In this document: positions 12,948 through 25,241 of the stretch, piece after piece
Position numbering within the stretch: position 1 is the first letter of the stretch
Layout: each line of letters begins with the position of its first letter
Source: Octopus sinensis
Taxonomy: Eukaryota
Length of the DNA stretch: 64,000 bases
Direction: 5' to 3'
Assembly: GCF_006345805.1 (NCBI RefSeq)
Contig: NC_043002.1
Location: 111,724,001 to 111,788,000, forward strand
Notes under the pieces: generated by a model
Database searches by the model: none
Told to the model about the DNA's origin: nothing
What the model saw: the letters and a program-made list of their open reading frames with translations, nothing else
Position numbers and translations under genes: made by a program

Positions 12948-12985
<38 letters not shown>

Positions 12986-13081
12986 TATATATATAATATA
13001 CATATATATATATATATAATATATATAATATATATATTATATATATATGTATATATATATATATATATATATAGTATATAT

Positions 13082-13120
<39 letters not shown>

Positions 13121-13122
<2 letters not shown>

Positions 13123-13530
13123 CGCAGGAGTGGCTGTGTGGTAAGTAGCTTGTTTACCAACCACATGGTTCCGGGTTCAGTCCCACTGCGTTTCACCTTC
13201 GGTAAGTGTCTTCTACTATAGCCTCGGGCCTACCAAAGCCTTGTGAGTGGATTTGGTAGACGGAAACTGAAAGAAGCCCGTCGTATATAGTTATATTATT
13301 ATATATATTATGTGTGTTGGTTTGTGGTGTCTGTGTTTGTCCCCCTAGCATTGCATGACAACCGATGCTGGTGTGTTTATGTCCCCGTTACTTAGCGGCA
13401 AAAGAGACCGATAGAATAAGTACTGGGCTTACAAAAGAATAAGTCCCGGGGTCGAGTTGCTCGATTAAAGGCGGTGCTCCAGCATGGCCGCAGTCAAATG
13501 ACTGAAACAAGTAAAAAGAGTAAAAAAGAG
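13121..13530 (+). mobile_element. SINE family A, full length
   Basis: ggcgcaggagtggctgtgtggtaag head through gtaaaaagag tail. Confidence 0.92.
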
Positions 13531-13599
13531 TGTATATATATATATATATATATACTCACATGCATACATACATACATACATACATACATACATACATAC

Positions 13600-14697
13600 A
13601 ACACTCTTTCTCTGATAACCTAGAATACATGCCCAAAGAAGTTGCATGTCTCTACCGCAATATATCGTCAGATGAAAGGATGAGCCTATATGAGCAGAAG
13701 ACTATGCATGGATATGTTAGTAGAAAACTCTGTGATGATAGTAACATCGATCATCAAAGCAGTTTATCATGGACGAATAGCCGGATTACTACCTCCCACT
13801 TTGAAGGGTACGCGTTTGCAATCCAGGAACAGGAAATATCAACCAAGTACCTGATGCACAAAAGGGATTGAGATGCAGGAAAAACCGTACAATGTGACAA
13901 CCGATGCAGACTTTGTGGAATTCACACTGAAGATATCACCAACATCATACGCGCAGTTGTCCAAAAATGTCATCAGGGTATTATCTACCGACGAGACACG
14001 ACGTTGTAGCTAGTACGCTCTATAATGAAATTCGTCAGAAGGATAATGCCGAGGACAAAGAAATAAAAAACTCACAATATGGTAGAAGCCATAGCCACTC
14101 ATAATAAAAAGGAATACTGGTGGAATCTACCAGTGAAGACCTCAATAAAATGTAAGCACAACAGACCTGATATAACGATTTGGGATAGAGAAGGGAAACT
14201 TTGCACACTTGTGGAAATTAGCTGCCCCATGGATGCTAACATAAAGCTGAAGATCAGTGAAAGAGAGAAAACCTATGCTGAACTATTGAGAAATCTGCGT
14301 ATACTCTATCCAGATTACAAGTTCAGGTTTATACCTGTAGTTATTGGGGCCCTGGGATATGTAACGCAATGCCTAAATACCAATCTTGAGAAATTAGGCT
14401 TCTCAAAACCAGAAAGAAAAAAGCTAATTCGAAGGCTACAGATCCAATTTATCACTTGAACTGTAAAAACCTGTAAAACTTTCCAGAAGTTTATCATTTG
14501 AATTTATATGAGCATGTCTAGATATGTGTCTATATGCATGAGGATACAAACATAAAACATACAAATCAGCAGATACATACATACATACAAAAATACCCTG
14601 TTGTTGATGTTGAAATTCCAATGAAGGAACCTTGGATCTAGGTTACAAACCGGTTCTTTCTCTATTGGCAAGAAATCTTGAAATAAACTGAATAATG
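13600..14697 (+). mobile_element. 5'-truncated R4/Dong-type LINE (CCHC finger plus restriction-like endonuclease)
   Basis: AIQEQEI, CRLCG..EDI.NII..C, RHDVVA, NRPDI, VEISCP, RFIPVVIGALG; stops/frameshifts; flanked by (CATA)n. Confidence 0.88.
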
Positions 14698-14739
14698 ACA
14701 TACACACATATATGCGAACATATATATATATACACGAAC

Positions 14740-14785
<46 letters not shown>

Positions 14786-14810
14786 TGTGTGTGTGTGTGT
14801 GTGTGTGTGT

Positions 14811-15194
14811 GGCTGTGTGGTAAGTAGCTTGCTAACCAACCACATGGTTCCGGGTTCAGTCCCACTGCGTGGCATCTTGGGCAAGTGTCTTCTGCTATAG
14901 CCCCAGGCCGACCAATGCCTTGTGAGTGGATTTGGTAGACGGAAACTGAAAGAAGCCTGTCGTATATATGTATATATGTATATGTATGTGTGTGTGTGTT
15001 ACCGTGTTTGTCCCCCTAGCATTGCTTGACAACCCTTGTTGGTGTCCTCATCACTTAGCGGTTCGGCAAAAGAGACCGATAGAATAAGTACTGGGCTTAC
15101 AAAGAATAAGTCCAGGGTCGATTTGCTCGACTAAAGGCGGTGCTCCAGCATGGCCGCAGTCAAATGACTGAAACAAGTAAAAGAGTAAAAGAGT
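14811..15194 (+). mobile_element. SINE family A
   Basis: Matches the other family A copies. Confidence 0.9.
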
Positions 15195-15237
15195 ATACAC
15201 ACACATACATATATGTGTGTGTGTGTGTGTATGTATT

Positions 15238-15272
<35 letters not shown>

Positions 15273-15605
15273 GTCGGTTTGATTTGTTTTGGAAAAATAC
15301 CTCAGAGAGTGCTCTTAAAAGTTCCTATGCTTCTTGCTGCCGGCAACCGTCTGTTACTTCTCGCTTTCTGAATAATCGTAAGGAATGGTTATACATGCGG
15401 AACTCCTTACAGCTATTGATTAGTATAACAATAACGAAGATGACTTGTAGATGGAAAGTCTTTAGACGTTATTCATTCGCGACGTAGAATGCAGAAACAC
15501 GTCACGATACATTACTGAAGTCTAAAAACTTTCCATGCATAAGTCATCCTCGTTATTACATGTGTGTGTGTGTGCGTGCGCGTGTGTGATTGTGTGTGTT
15601 TGTGT

Positions 15606-15644
<39 letters not shown>

Positions 15645-15769
15645 TTACGTATGTATGTGTGTATGTACGCGCATCGGTATGGCTGGAGCTTACGATTAAA
15701 GCAAGTAAAAGACGTGATACATACACATACGCACATTTAAATGTATACACACACAAATATATACATATA

Positions 15770-16282
15770 CTAGCAGTATCGCCCGGCGTTGCTCGGGTTT
15801 GTAAGGGAAATAACTATATAAGCATTTTTAGAGAGTTACTTCCTTTATAGATGCCAATTCGGGCTTTCTTAGCCATTTCTGGTTTGGCGACTTCAAGCCA
15901 TGAAGTCGTTGTTCTAAAAGAACGCTGGTCTCCTTGACAATGCTTTACGACGTTGATTTCCTTACACTCCCTTCCCCACAGCTTCACGAGGGAGGGAAGA
16001 AGGGGGAGAAGCAAACAGGTGCAGGTGTGAGCATGGACGCCAACTCCGCCGCCATCGACACACGAAAAATTATGCATTAAAATGGAATAAAAAATGATGT
16101 TAAATTATTTTTAAAATCGTAGACTCATCGTAGACGCGCGCTAATACTCAGACGGGCTCGATATGAATCACGACTATAAGATACCCGAATTTGGTTAAAC
16201 TGCACCGCAAAATGTGGGAGTAGTTAGGAATCTAAATCGAAGGGGACAGACACTCACACAACTACAGTTTTATATATATAGA
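15770..16282 (-). mobile_element. Non-autonomous Helitron with alternative internal segment
   Basis: Same termini as 3507-3900 but a different, higher-GC interior at about 15845-16070. Confidence 0.85.
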
Positions 16283-16526
16283 TATGTGCATGTGTATGTG
16301 TGCATATGTGTGTTTGTGTGAGTGTGTAAGTGTCTATCTGTTTGTCTGTCTGTGTATATATAAATTCATTGAGACTTGAACTCAAGATTATTATTTTCAT
16401 GTTAACCAAAATGATTTTACAGAAAGTATATTTCCTAGTTTAATTAACTGACGAAATCATTTAGATATTTTGCTTACATGCAGAAATCTCATTGTTTTAT
16501 TGTTGATGCGTATGTATATGCGTGTG

Positions 16527-16912
16527 TGGAGACGCAATGGCCCAGTGGTTAGGGCACTGGACTCGCGGTCATAGGATCGCGGTTTCGATTCCCAGACCGG
16601 GCGTTGTGAGTGTTTATTGAGCGAAAACACCTAAAAAGCTCCGCGAGGCTCCGGCAGGGGATGGTGGTGATCCCTGCTGTACTCTTTCACCACAACTTTC
16701 TCTCACTCTTACTTCCTGTTTCTGTTGTACCTGTATTTCAAGGGGCCGGCCTTGTCACTCTCTGTGTCACGCTGAATATCCCCGAGAACTACGTTAAGGG
16801 TACACGTGTCTGTGGAGTGCTCAGCCACTTACACGTTAATTTCACGAGCAGGCTGTTCCGTTGATTCGGATCAACCGGAACCCTCGTCGTCGTAACCGAC
16901 GGAGTGCTTCCA
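16527..16912 (+). mobile_element. SINE family B
   Basis: Full-length copy; TSD atatgcgtgtgtg. Confidence 0.92.
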
Positions 16913-17267
16913 TCCATATGCGTGTGTGTGCTTGCGATTTGCTCAGCTCTGCTCGAGCAGGCCTGTGACCAAAGGCATTCCAGTCACAACCATCCCTTCT
17001 TTTTCCTATACGTATCGAAACCAGGTTCTTGTCATTCAACGCCTACAAATATCTTGATTTGTGACCGCCATGTAACCTATAGCCGAGGTTTCAAGTTGTG
17101 GTCTTTAATTGAAATTTGAATTATATCGTAAATAATTAATGATGAAATTATGCACATAACCGCATATAGAGAAAACTTTGTTAGGGATGCCTTCTGAATG
17201 AAGTTAAGAACCGCGTTTGCCCGCGTATACGACACACACTCGCATAAGAAGCACCCCTATTTTACAA

Positions 17268-17490
17268 GACGGCGAGCTGGCAGAAACGTTAGAACGCCGG
17301 GAGAAATGCGTAGCCGTATTTCGTCTGCCGTTACGTTCTGAGTTCAAATTCCGCCGAGGTCGACTTTACCTTTCATCCTTTCGGGGTCGATAAATTAAGT
17401 ACCAGTTACGCACTGGGGTCGATATAATCGACTTAATCCGTTTGTTTGTCCCCTCTATGTTTAGCCCCTTGTGGGTAGTAAAAAAAAATA
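17268..17490 (+). mobile_element. SINE family C
   Basis: Matches the other family C copies. Confidence 0.88.
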
Positions 17491-18042
17491 TTTTACAAGT
17501 ATATTTCATGAAGAAAAATTCAAACACCTCTTGAAAGACATTTTGAAGTGGTTTTGTAAGGGATGTGCACGCATACACAATATTGTGAATATACTGGAAT
17601 AAAGTATGAAACGATAAACTTATCATAAACAAACTAGGTTGTATGTGTACCAGATCCCAACTTTATCTTTTTTTAGTTCAGCTGTACAGTTATTTATAGT
17701 TTGATCAAAAGAATTGTATTTCTATGATATTTTTGGCAACTACGATTGGTCACCAGACTGGCGCATCGGCGCTATGGTTTTGTCGCCGTCCACACATTGG
17801 AAACAGCTGAGAATTTTTCATTCAGATAATTAAAAAGACAAAGCTTCTTAAAGGTAACACATTCATTAAAGAACGCAAGCAGCCACATATTAGGTGTAGA
17901 TTTTGTAAGCAGGGAACAGATGTATAATGAGATGATGGGATCTACCCATATGACTGCCATGGTACGTACCATAAGCAATTATTCATCGGTCTACAGGTAC
18001 AGTGTCTATGTTAATTTGGCTGGTTTATAATATTTGTTATTG

Positions 18043-18545
18043 AGACGGCGAGCTGGCAGAATCGATAACATGCCGGCAAAATGCTTAGCATTTCATCCAT
18101 CTTCTGAGTTCAAATTCCGTCGAGGTGGACTTCACTTTTCATCTTTTCGGGGTCGTGAGGATAAGTACCAGTTGAGTATTGGGGTCGATATAAACGACTT
18201 ACCTCTTCCCCTGAAGTTGCTGTTCTGCTAAAATTTGAAAGAAATATTTTATTGCTAGTAAGGCGGCAAGCTGGCAGAATCGTTATGTCTTCTACGTCTT
18301 TTCTGATTCAAATTCAGCTGAGGTCGATGTTTTAGGACGACGAGCTGGCAGAATCGATAGCTCACCGGGGAAGATGCTTAGCGGCATTTCATCCGTTTTT
18401 ACGTTCTGAGTTCAAATGCCGCCGCGTTCGACTTTGCCTTTCACCCTTTCTGAGTCGATAAAATAAGTACCAATTGACTGGGATCGATGTAATCGACTTA
18501 ACCCCTTCCTGAACTTGCTGGCCTTGTGCTAAAATTTGAAGCCAA
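18043..18545 (+). mobile_element. Cluster of three older SINE family C-related copies
   Basis: Three gcgagctggcagaatcg-like heads at about 18047, 18263, 18340 with diverged bodies. Confidence 0.75.
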
Positions 18546-20079
18546 TATTTTATTGTTAGTAACAATTATTATGCTAACGGACTTATCATTATCCGGCTTC
18601 CGAGATTATAACCTCGAACTCCCATTCGTAATACACCACATTAGACGCAGGGCAATTTTTGGTAATATACAAAAACTTTTAAGAAAGCGCGTCTCATACA
18701 CTGATAGATACGGTATGTATTTAATGCAATGAGCAAGAGAAATAGTTAATCAATTGAAATTACACCGAATTGAGAATAAAAAGTGTTTAGGGTTACAGAG
18801 AATCCTTGTCAAGAGAAGCATGGGAAGAACTCGGAAATTTAAATTTAAATTGAATAAAATTTTAAAACATACCATAAATACACACATAGAAATAGAGAGA
18901 CAGACAGACAGACTAAGCACAAAAACTTGAAGCTGTGGGAATCAATCTGCAATTAATCTCCATCCTTAGAGGCCTCCAAGTTTGGTGTTGGGAAGGACGA
19001 CAAAATAGTTTCTTTGATACACACTACCCCAATAAAAGTACCATGTTCCAGGCGATAAGATATCGTCTTCTTACTGGGATGTAACCTACTTCTGATATAT
19101 TTTAAATGGTATTTGCAGATCTCCTGATTGTCAAAACTGCTGCTGACACACTTTCTCTATGTTCGACCTGCTTGAAATACAATCAAATCTCTCTCAAATC
19201 ACACCATGCCATCTTAAAGAGGGATAGACCCATACGATGTAGTAGATCTAGACACAACTAAAACTAGAATGTTTTCATCATAGGTCAAGTCGATAAAGTA
19301 TAGCCTGGAGTTTAATTACAATACAGACTAAAACTAAATGTACAGCGTATTTTAAAGACAGACATTTCAAAACAGAGATTCAATGTATTATAATAAGCAA
19401 AAGGAAGAAGATACACGGTATATTGAAGCAGGAGAATCTGGATACTAATATGGCAGAAAATCCTAAAGTGTCTTAGGGTGACACTCCACAGAACCTCTAA
19501 CATTATTGGAAATAAACTGATAACTCAATGCAAGACGAGGACTGAATGAATGTTATACGATTTGAAATTTATTCTTTTAAGTCTTTATAAGTGTTGAATA
19601 GTCTGATTTCTGATCACCAGACACTTTGCCATATGCCAAGGATGGAATTGAACTCAAGAATTCCCGAACAATAACATAACAGATAAAAACATTGGCATTC
19701 TGAATGAGTTAAAGGCATAAGTTCAATTTCAACATGAGCACATATTTCTAAAAAAAAAAAATTTTTAACGGCGACTAGTAATTGACTGAGGTCAAATGTG
19801 TTAAAGGAAATGGAAGATGCAGTTAACAGTCTGAAAAGTTATTCCAGCTGAACTAATAATTCAATTGAAGCATTCAAGTATAAAATCTGGAACTGTTGAG
19901 TAAAACATTCAAAATATAAGGAGGCATGTAGGAGATGTTGACGGGACAGCTACATTGTAGCGAGAAATGTCACAACGCTAATCCAAAGATCCAACTTCCT
20001 GTAAAGTGTCAGTGCTATGTATGTGTGTCCGTGCGCGCGTGTGCGAATGTGTATGTGTACACATACACGTATATGTATG

Positions 20080-20300
20080 AAGGCGGCGAGCTGGTAGAAT
20101 CGTTAGAACGCTTAGCGGTATTTCGTCTGCGTTACGTTCTGAGTTCAAATTCCGCCGAGGTCGACTTTGCCTTTCATCCTTTCGGGGTCGATTAAATAAG
20201 TAACAGTTACGCACTGGGGTCAATATAATTGACTTAATCCGTTTGTCTGTCCTTGTTTGTCCCTTCTGTGTTTAGCCCCTTGTGGGTAGTAAAGAAATAG
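20080..20300 (+). mobile_element. SINE family C
   Basis: Matches family C with a short head deletion. Confidence 0.85.
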
Positions 20301-20349
20301 TATATATATGAATGTATATACATATGCATATGCAACACTGTATGTGTAT

Positions 20350-20431
<82 letters not shown>

Positions 20432-20469
20432 GTGTATGTATGAATGTAAGTATGTATGTATGCATGTAT

Positions 20470-20965
20470 GTATGCATGCAGATTTGCATGTTTCATTTTA
20501 TAAATGTATTGTCATGCATATAGTTGCATATTTAGACATGCTCATATATACTTAAATGATGAACTTCTGGAAAGTTTTACAGATTTTTACAGTTCCAGTG
20601 ATGGATTAGATCTGTAGTCTTCGAATCAGCTTTCACCTTTCTGGTCTTGAGAAGACTATTTCCTCAAGATTTGTATTTTGGCATCCCAGTTTCCCAATAA
20701 TTACAGGTATAAACCTGAACTTGTAGTTTGGATATAGTAACTGCAGATTTCTCACTGATCCTCAGCTTTATGTTAAAATCCGCTGGGCATCTGATTTCCA
20801 CAACTGTACACAGTTTCTCTTCTCAATCCCAAATCATAACGTCAGGTCTATTATGTTTACATTTTATTGAAGCACTGGGACCTTCCACCAGTACTCCTTT
20901 TATTATGAGTAGCTATGGCTTCCACCATACTGTAGGTTCTTATTTCATAGACCCCGAGGTTATCC
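20470..20965 (-). mobile_element. R4/Dong-type LINE 3' end, same family as 13600-14697
   Basis: Reverse complement aligns with about 14060-14590; ends in (CATA)n. Confidence 0.82.
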
Positions 20966-20969
20966 TTCC

Positions 20970-21246
20970 AACGAGAAAGACTGTTTTAACAAAGTCGCGT
21001 CTTTTCCTAACCTTCGAAACGCGGAGTATATAAAACGGGACAACTGACGAAGGGATTGTTCTTTATGTTGCCTGTCTCGTTTCTCTATTTGTTTCTTTTG
21101 TTGTCCGAAAGACAGTTCGTTTTCCATGTTTTTGTTTTTTTATGTTCTCGTTTCTCATATTGTTCACGGTTTTTTTGACGTCCTGTACACATATATGCAT
21201 GTATATATACATATATATGTCGGTATGCAATATATGTATGTATATA

Positions 21247-21315
<69 letters not shown>

Positions 21316-21860
21316 GTATATATATATACATATATATATAATACATATATATTAATAAATAAAACATATGCATATATATAAACATTATGTACGTACCTAC
21401 CGCTACATGTACATATACACGCATATATGAGTACAGGACACCAAAAAGACGTCGAACACAATGAGAAACGAAAAAATAGACACAAACCCAAGGAACTGGA
21501 CAATTTGTTTAAACAACAAAAAAATAGAGTACAGGACAATTAACACAAAGAAAAAAACCCTTCTTCAGTCGCTATGGTTTCATCTACTCTGCGTTTCGAA
21601 GGTGAAAGCGGAACGTATCTTCGACAAGAAACTTTCCTTACTGCGAAAAGCAAATCAATAAAAATTTTTAGATCTTTTCGCAGAGGGGTAAAAAATGGTA
21701 ACAAAAACAGGACAGTAACGACAGTACAAATTATAAACAGTAAAAGACAGGACAAGGAAAATCAAGATAAGAAGGGCTGTTAACGCCGAACGAAAAAAAG
21801 TATTACGAACGCGGATTTTTTTGTGAACGACGAACGGAACAAAAAAAATTGCTGTCCAAC
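20970..21860. repeat. Two diverged copies of one repeat family tail-to-tail around a (TA)n tract
   Basis: ccttcgaaacgc.gagta..taaaac...ctgacgaaggg on + at about 21010 and on - at about 21558-21603; further copies at 22560-22860, 23290-23700, 54725-55035. Confidence 0.7.
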
Positions 21861-21962
21861 CTCGATATATATATATATATATATATATAAAGGAATTCAG
21901 CGAACACCAGAACCAAATTTGGCGGGCAGGACAGATGAAAATTTATATAAAAAACAGAATTA

Positions 21963-22038
21963 AATGTATACCTCGGTTTCGGTCTTTAACAAAAGAATTA
22001 CTTACATAATTCAAATGTCCGTGCTTCTTCAGTGCATT
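21963..22038 (-). ncRNA. Degenerate hammerhead ribozyme motif
   Basis: AATGCA-CTGAAGA-(45 nt)-GAAAC-CGAG-GTA-TACATT; stem II weak. Confidence 0.5.
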
Positions 22039-22240
22039 CGTTCATTGTAAATGTAAACTGAAAAACTAACCCCAGCCTTCCGTGCCAAGACAGACACGTG
22101 CTTAGTTTTACCGATTACATTAAGGATAAAATTTCAAATGTCTTGGTTCTGGCGCGCTAAGAAATTCCTGAAGCGAAGGGCTGCAGTAAATAATTCACTG
22201 CGGTTAGTGCTTACTACTAGAGAACGTATTTATTTCAATA

Positions 22241-22523
22241 TTTAAATAATGAGGGAGATAAATTAATATTAATTTTAATATCAATTTAAAACCAGTAGTC
22301 TAGCATACAAAAAATCCGCTGAATTTTTCCTCTAGAGAATTCCTTTGTAATTTGATCGTTGATGATCTGTTTCTAGCATACGGCCGACTTCCTAGCAGTC
22401 AAGCCCTGCCAATATACACATATATTAGAATTTTCTCTGACTTCTCAGATTTTTTGTATGCTAGACTACTGGTTTTAAATTGATATTAAAATTAATATTA
22501 ATTTATCTCCTTCATTATTTAAA
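22241..22523. repeat. Fold-back element, 76-bp arms (22241-22316 / 22448-22523)
   Basis: Near-perfect inverted arms, followed by (TA)n. Confidence 0.85.
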
Positions 22524-22727
22524 TTTATATATATATATATATTATTTATATTATTATACGACCGAACGTCACACGTCCATTTCCAAGTAAGTTTTACCTT
22601 AATAATTTTCCTTGTATTGTTTGTCCTGTACTCTGTTTTTTCGTTGTTAAAAAAGTCCGTTTCCTTGTTTGATTTTATGTTTTCGTTTCCCATTGTGTTC
22701 TACGTTTATTTGTGGTGTCCTGTACTC

Positions 22728-22759
<32 letters not shown>

Positions 22760-23040
22760 TATTATATATATATATATATATATATGCATGTATAATACAT
22801 GTAAATATAAGTATGTACATATATGTATGTATATATGCATATATTTTATTTATTTATTATATTGTTATTATATGACCGAACGCACGCGTTATTTCTCTAT
22901 TTCTCTTCTCCAAGTAAGTTTTTATTTGAATAATCATGACGCGCACTCTGACTCTTTTCTTGACCTTTCCTCTCAGCCTGTCTGTCTTCCTCTCTACTTG
23001 TCTCTCTCCTTCCTATTTTTCACCCTTTCTGGTTTCTTTT

Positions 23041-23071
<31 letters not shown>

Positions 23072-23570
23072 CTCCTCCTCCTCCTCTCTCTGGCCGTTGA
23101 CCAGAGGGCTACTAAAACTTTCTTTCAGCTTCGTGCTTCAACAAGCATACATCGACTTCCCTGTCTTTCGCAAGCCGATTTTTCACATGCGTTCTAACTA
23201 ATTTTTCCACCGTCTAGACCTAAAAAAAGCCCTTATTGTTGGTTCCCTGTCCTGTTATTCTTTATTTGTACTGTTTTTCTTCATTTGTATTGCTTTTACG
23301 TCCTGTTCTTGTCACTTGTTTTACCCCTCTGCAAAAGAATTTTACTTAATTCCTTTTGCAGGAAGGCTGCTTCGGCCTGGCCGTGTTCTGCCCTTACCTT
23401 CGAAACACGCATTGAGTCGAACCAGGGGCAGTTGATGAAGGGGAATTTTCCTTGTATTGTTTGTCCTGTACTCTGTTTTTTCGTTGTTAAAAAAAAGTCC
23501 GTTTCCTTGTTTGATTTTATGCTTTCGTTTCTCATTCTGTTCTACGTTTATTTGTGGTGTCCTGTACTCA

Positions 23571-23613
<43 letters not shown>

Positions 23614-23694
23614 TGTATATATACATGTAGATGTAAGTATGTACATATATGTATGTATATATGCATATATTTTATTTATTTATTATATTGTTAT

Positions 23695-23743
<49 letters not shown>

Positions 23744-23744
<1 letters not shown>

Positions 23745-25017
23745 TGGGTTGTCTGGAAAGTTCGTGCTGATTTATAGTAGCTTACCTTTCGACTTATTTT
23801 AGAACATGCCTGAGTCCATAAATAGGATTTGACTACACCTCCACTTAGAGCACAGTTTAAGCTATCTTTTCGTGGAAGAAGCTTTATGTTCCAATAATCT
23901 GTGTTAATTCTGTAACCCTTTAAAATGGAAGATAAGAAAGTTCATTTTCGGCACTTGATGCTTTTCTTTTTCCGTAAAGGGAAAAATGCCTCACAAGAAA
24001 CCAAAGAAATATGCGCAGTTTACGGTGATGATTCTTTATCTGAAAGAACTGTACGGAAGTGTTTCGCAAGGTTCCGAGCTGGAGATTGTAGCCTTATTGA
24101 TAAAGAGCGATCAGGCAGACCATCCACTACAGATGATGACCAAATCAAGACATTGATTGAGAATAACCCACATTGCACAACTCGAGAATTGGCAGAAAGC
24201 CTCAACCTATCAAAATCCGTCGTTCATGAACACCTGGTAAAGCTTGGGTACATAAATCACTGCGATGTTTGGGTACCACATGAGTTGAGTGAGAAGAACC
24301 TTTTGGATCGCATTTCCATCTGTGATTCGCTTTATAAACGAAATGAAAACTCGCCTTTTTTAAAGCAAATTGTGACAGGTGATGAGAAATGGATTATCTT
24401 CCGAAATGTTCAGAGAAGGCGATCCTGGAGTAAGCGACATGAGCTACCCTTAGCCACCCCAAAAGTGGGTCTTCACCCTGAAAAAGTCTTGCTTTGTGTC
24501 TGGTGGGATTGGAAAGGAATTCTATACTATGAGCTTCTCCCAAGTAACCAGACAATTAATTCTGAGAAATATTGCACACAACTGGACGAGTTTAAAAGCA
24601 GTAATTCAAGAGAAACATCCAGAATTGGCCAACAGGAAGGGTGTTTTCCAACATGATAATGCAAGACCGCACATTTCTTTGGGAACCAGACAAAAACTGC
24701 TGCAGCTCGGCTGGGATGTGTTACCCCACCCTCCATATTCACCAGATATTGCTCCTTCGGATTTCCACTTATTCAGGTCTCTGCAGAATAGTCTTATTGG
24801 TAAAAATTTCAATTCCTTGGATGATGTAAAAAGATACCTTGATGAATTCTTTGCCATGAAACCACCTCAATTCTGGGAAGGCGGTATTTTCAAGTTAAAG
24901 GAAAGATGGAGACGCATTGTGCAACAAAATATTTCATATTTGGTTGATTAAAAATGTAATGGCATGTATTTATTAACTTTTTCTTTCCTTTAAAAATCAG
25001 CACGAACTTTCCGGACA

Positions 25018-25023
<6 letters not shown>
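23744..25023 (+). mobile_element. mariner transposon (mellifera-like), full length
   Basis: About 30-bp TIRs ttgggttgtctggaaagttcgtgctgattt / aaatcagcacgaactttccggacaacccta; embedded in (TA)n. Confidence 0.95.
23925..24951 (+). pseudogene. mariner DD34D transposase with one frameshift (about 24591)
   Basis: HFRHLMLFFFRKGKNA, RSGRP, WVPHEL, TGDEKW, HDNARPH, YSPDIAPSDFHLF split across two ORFs. Confidence 0.93.
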
Positions 25024-25070
<47 letters not shown>

Positions 25071-25161
25071 TATGAAGAGATAGATAGATAGATAGACAAA
25101 CAGACAGACAGACCGACCGACCGACAGACAGACAGACAGATAGATAGATAGATAGATAGAT

Positions 25162-25241
<80 letters not shown>

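Noticed and set aside
16527-16600. tRNA gene
   Set aside because: tRNA-like head continues into a 385-bp multi-copy SINE body with TSDs
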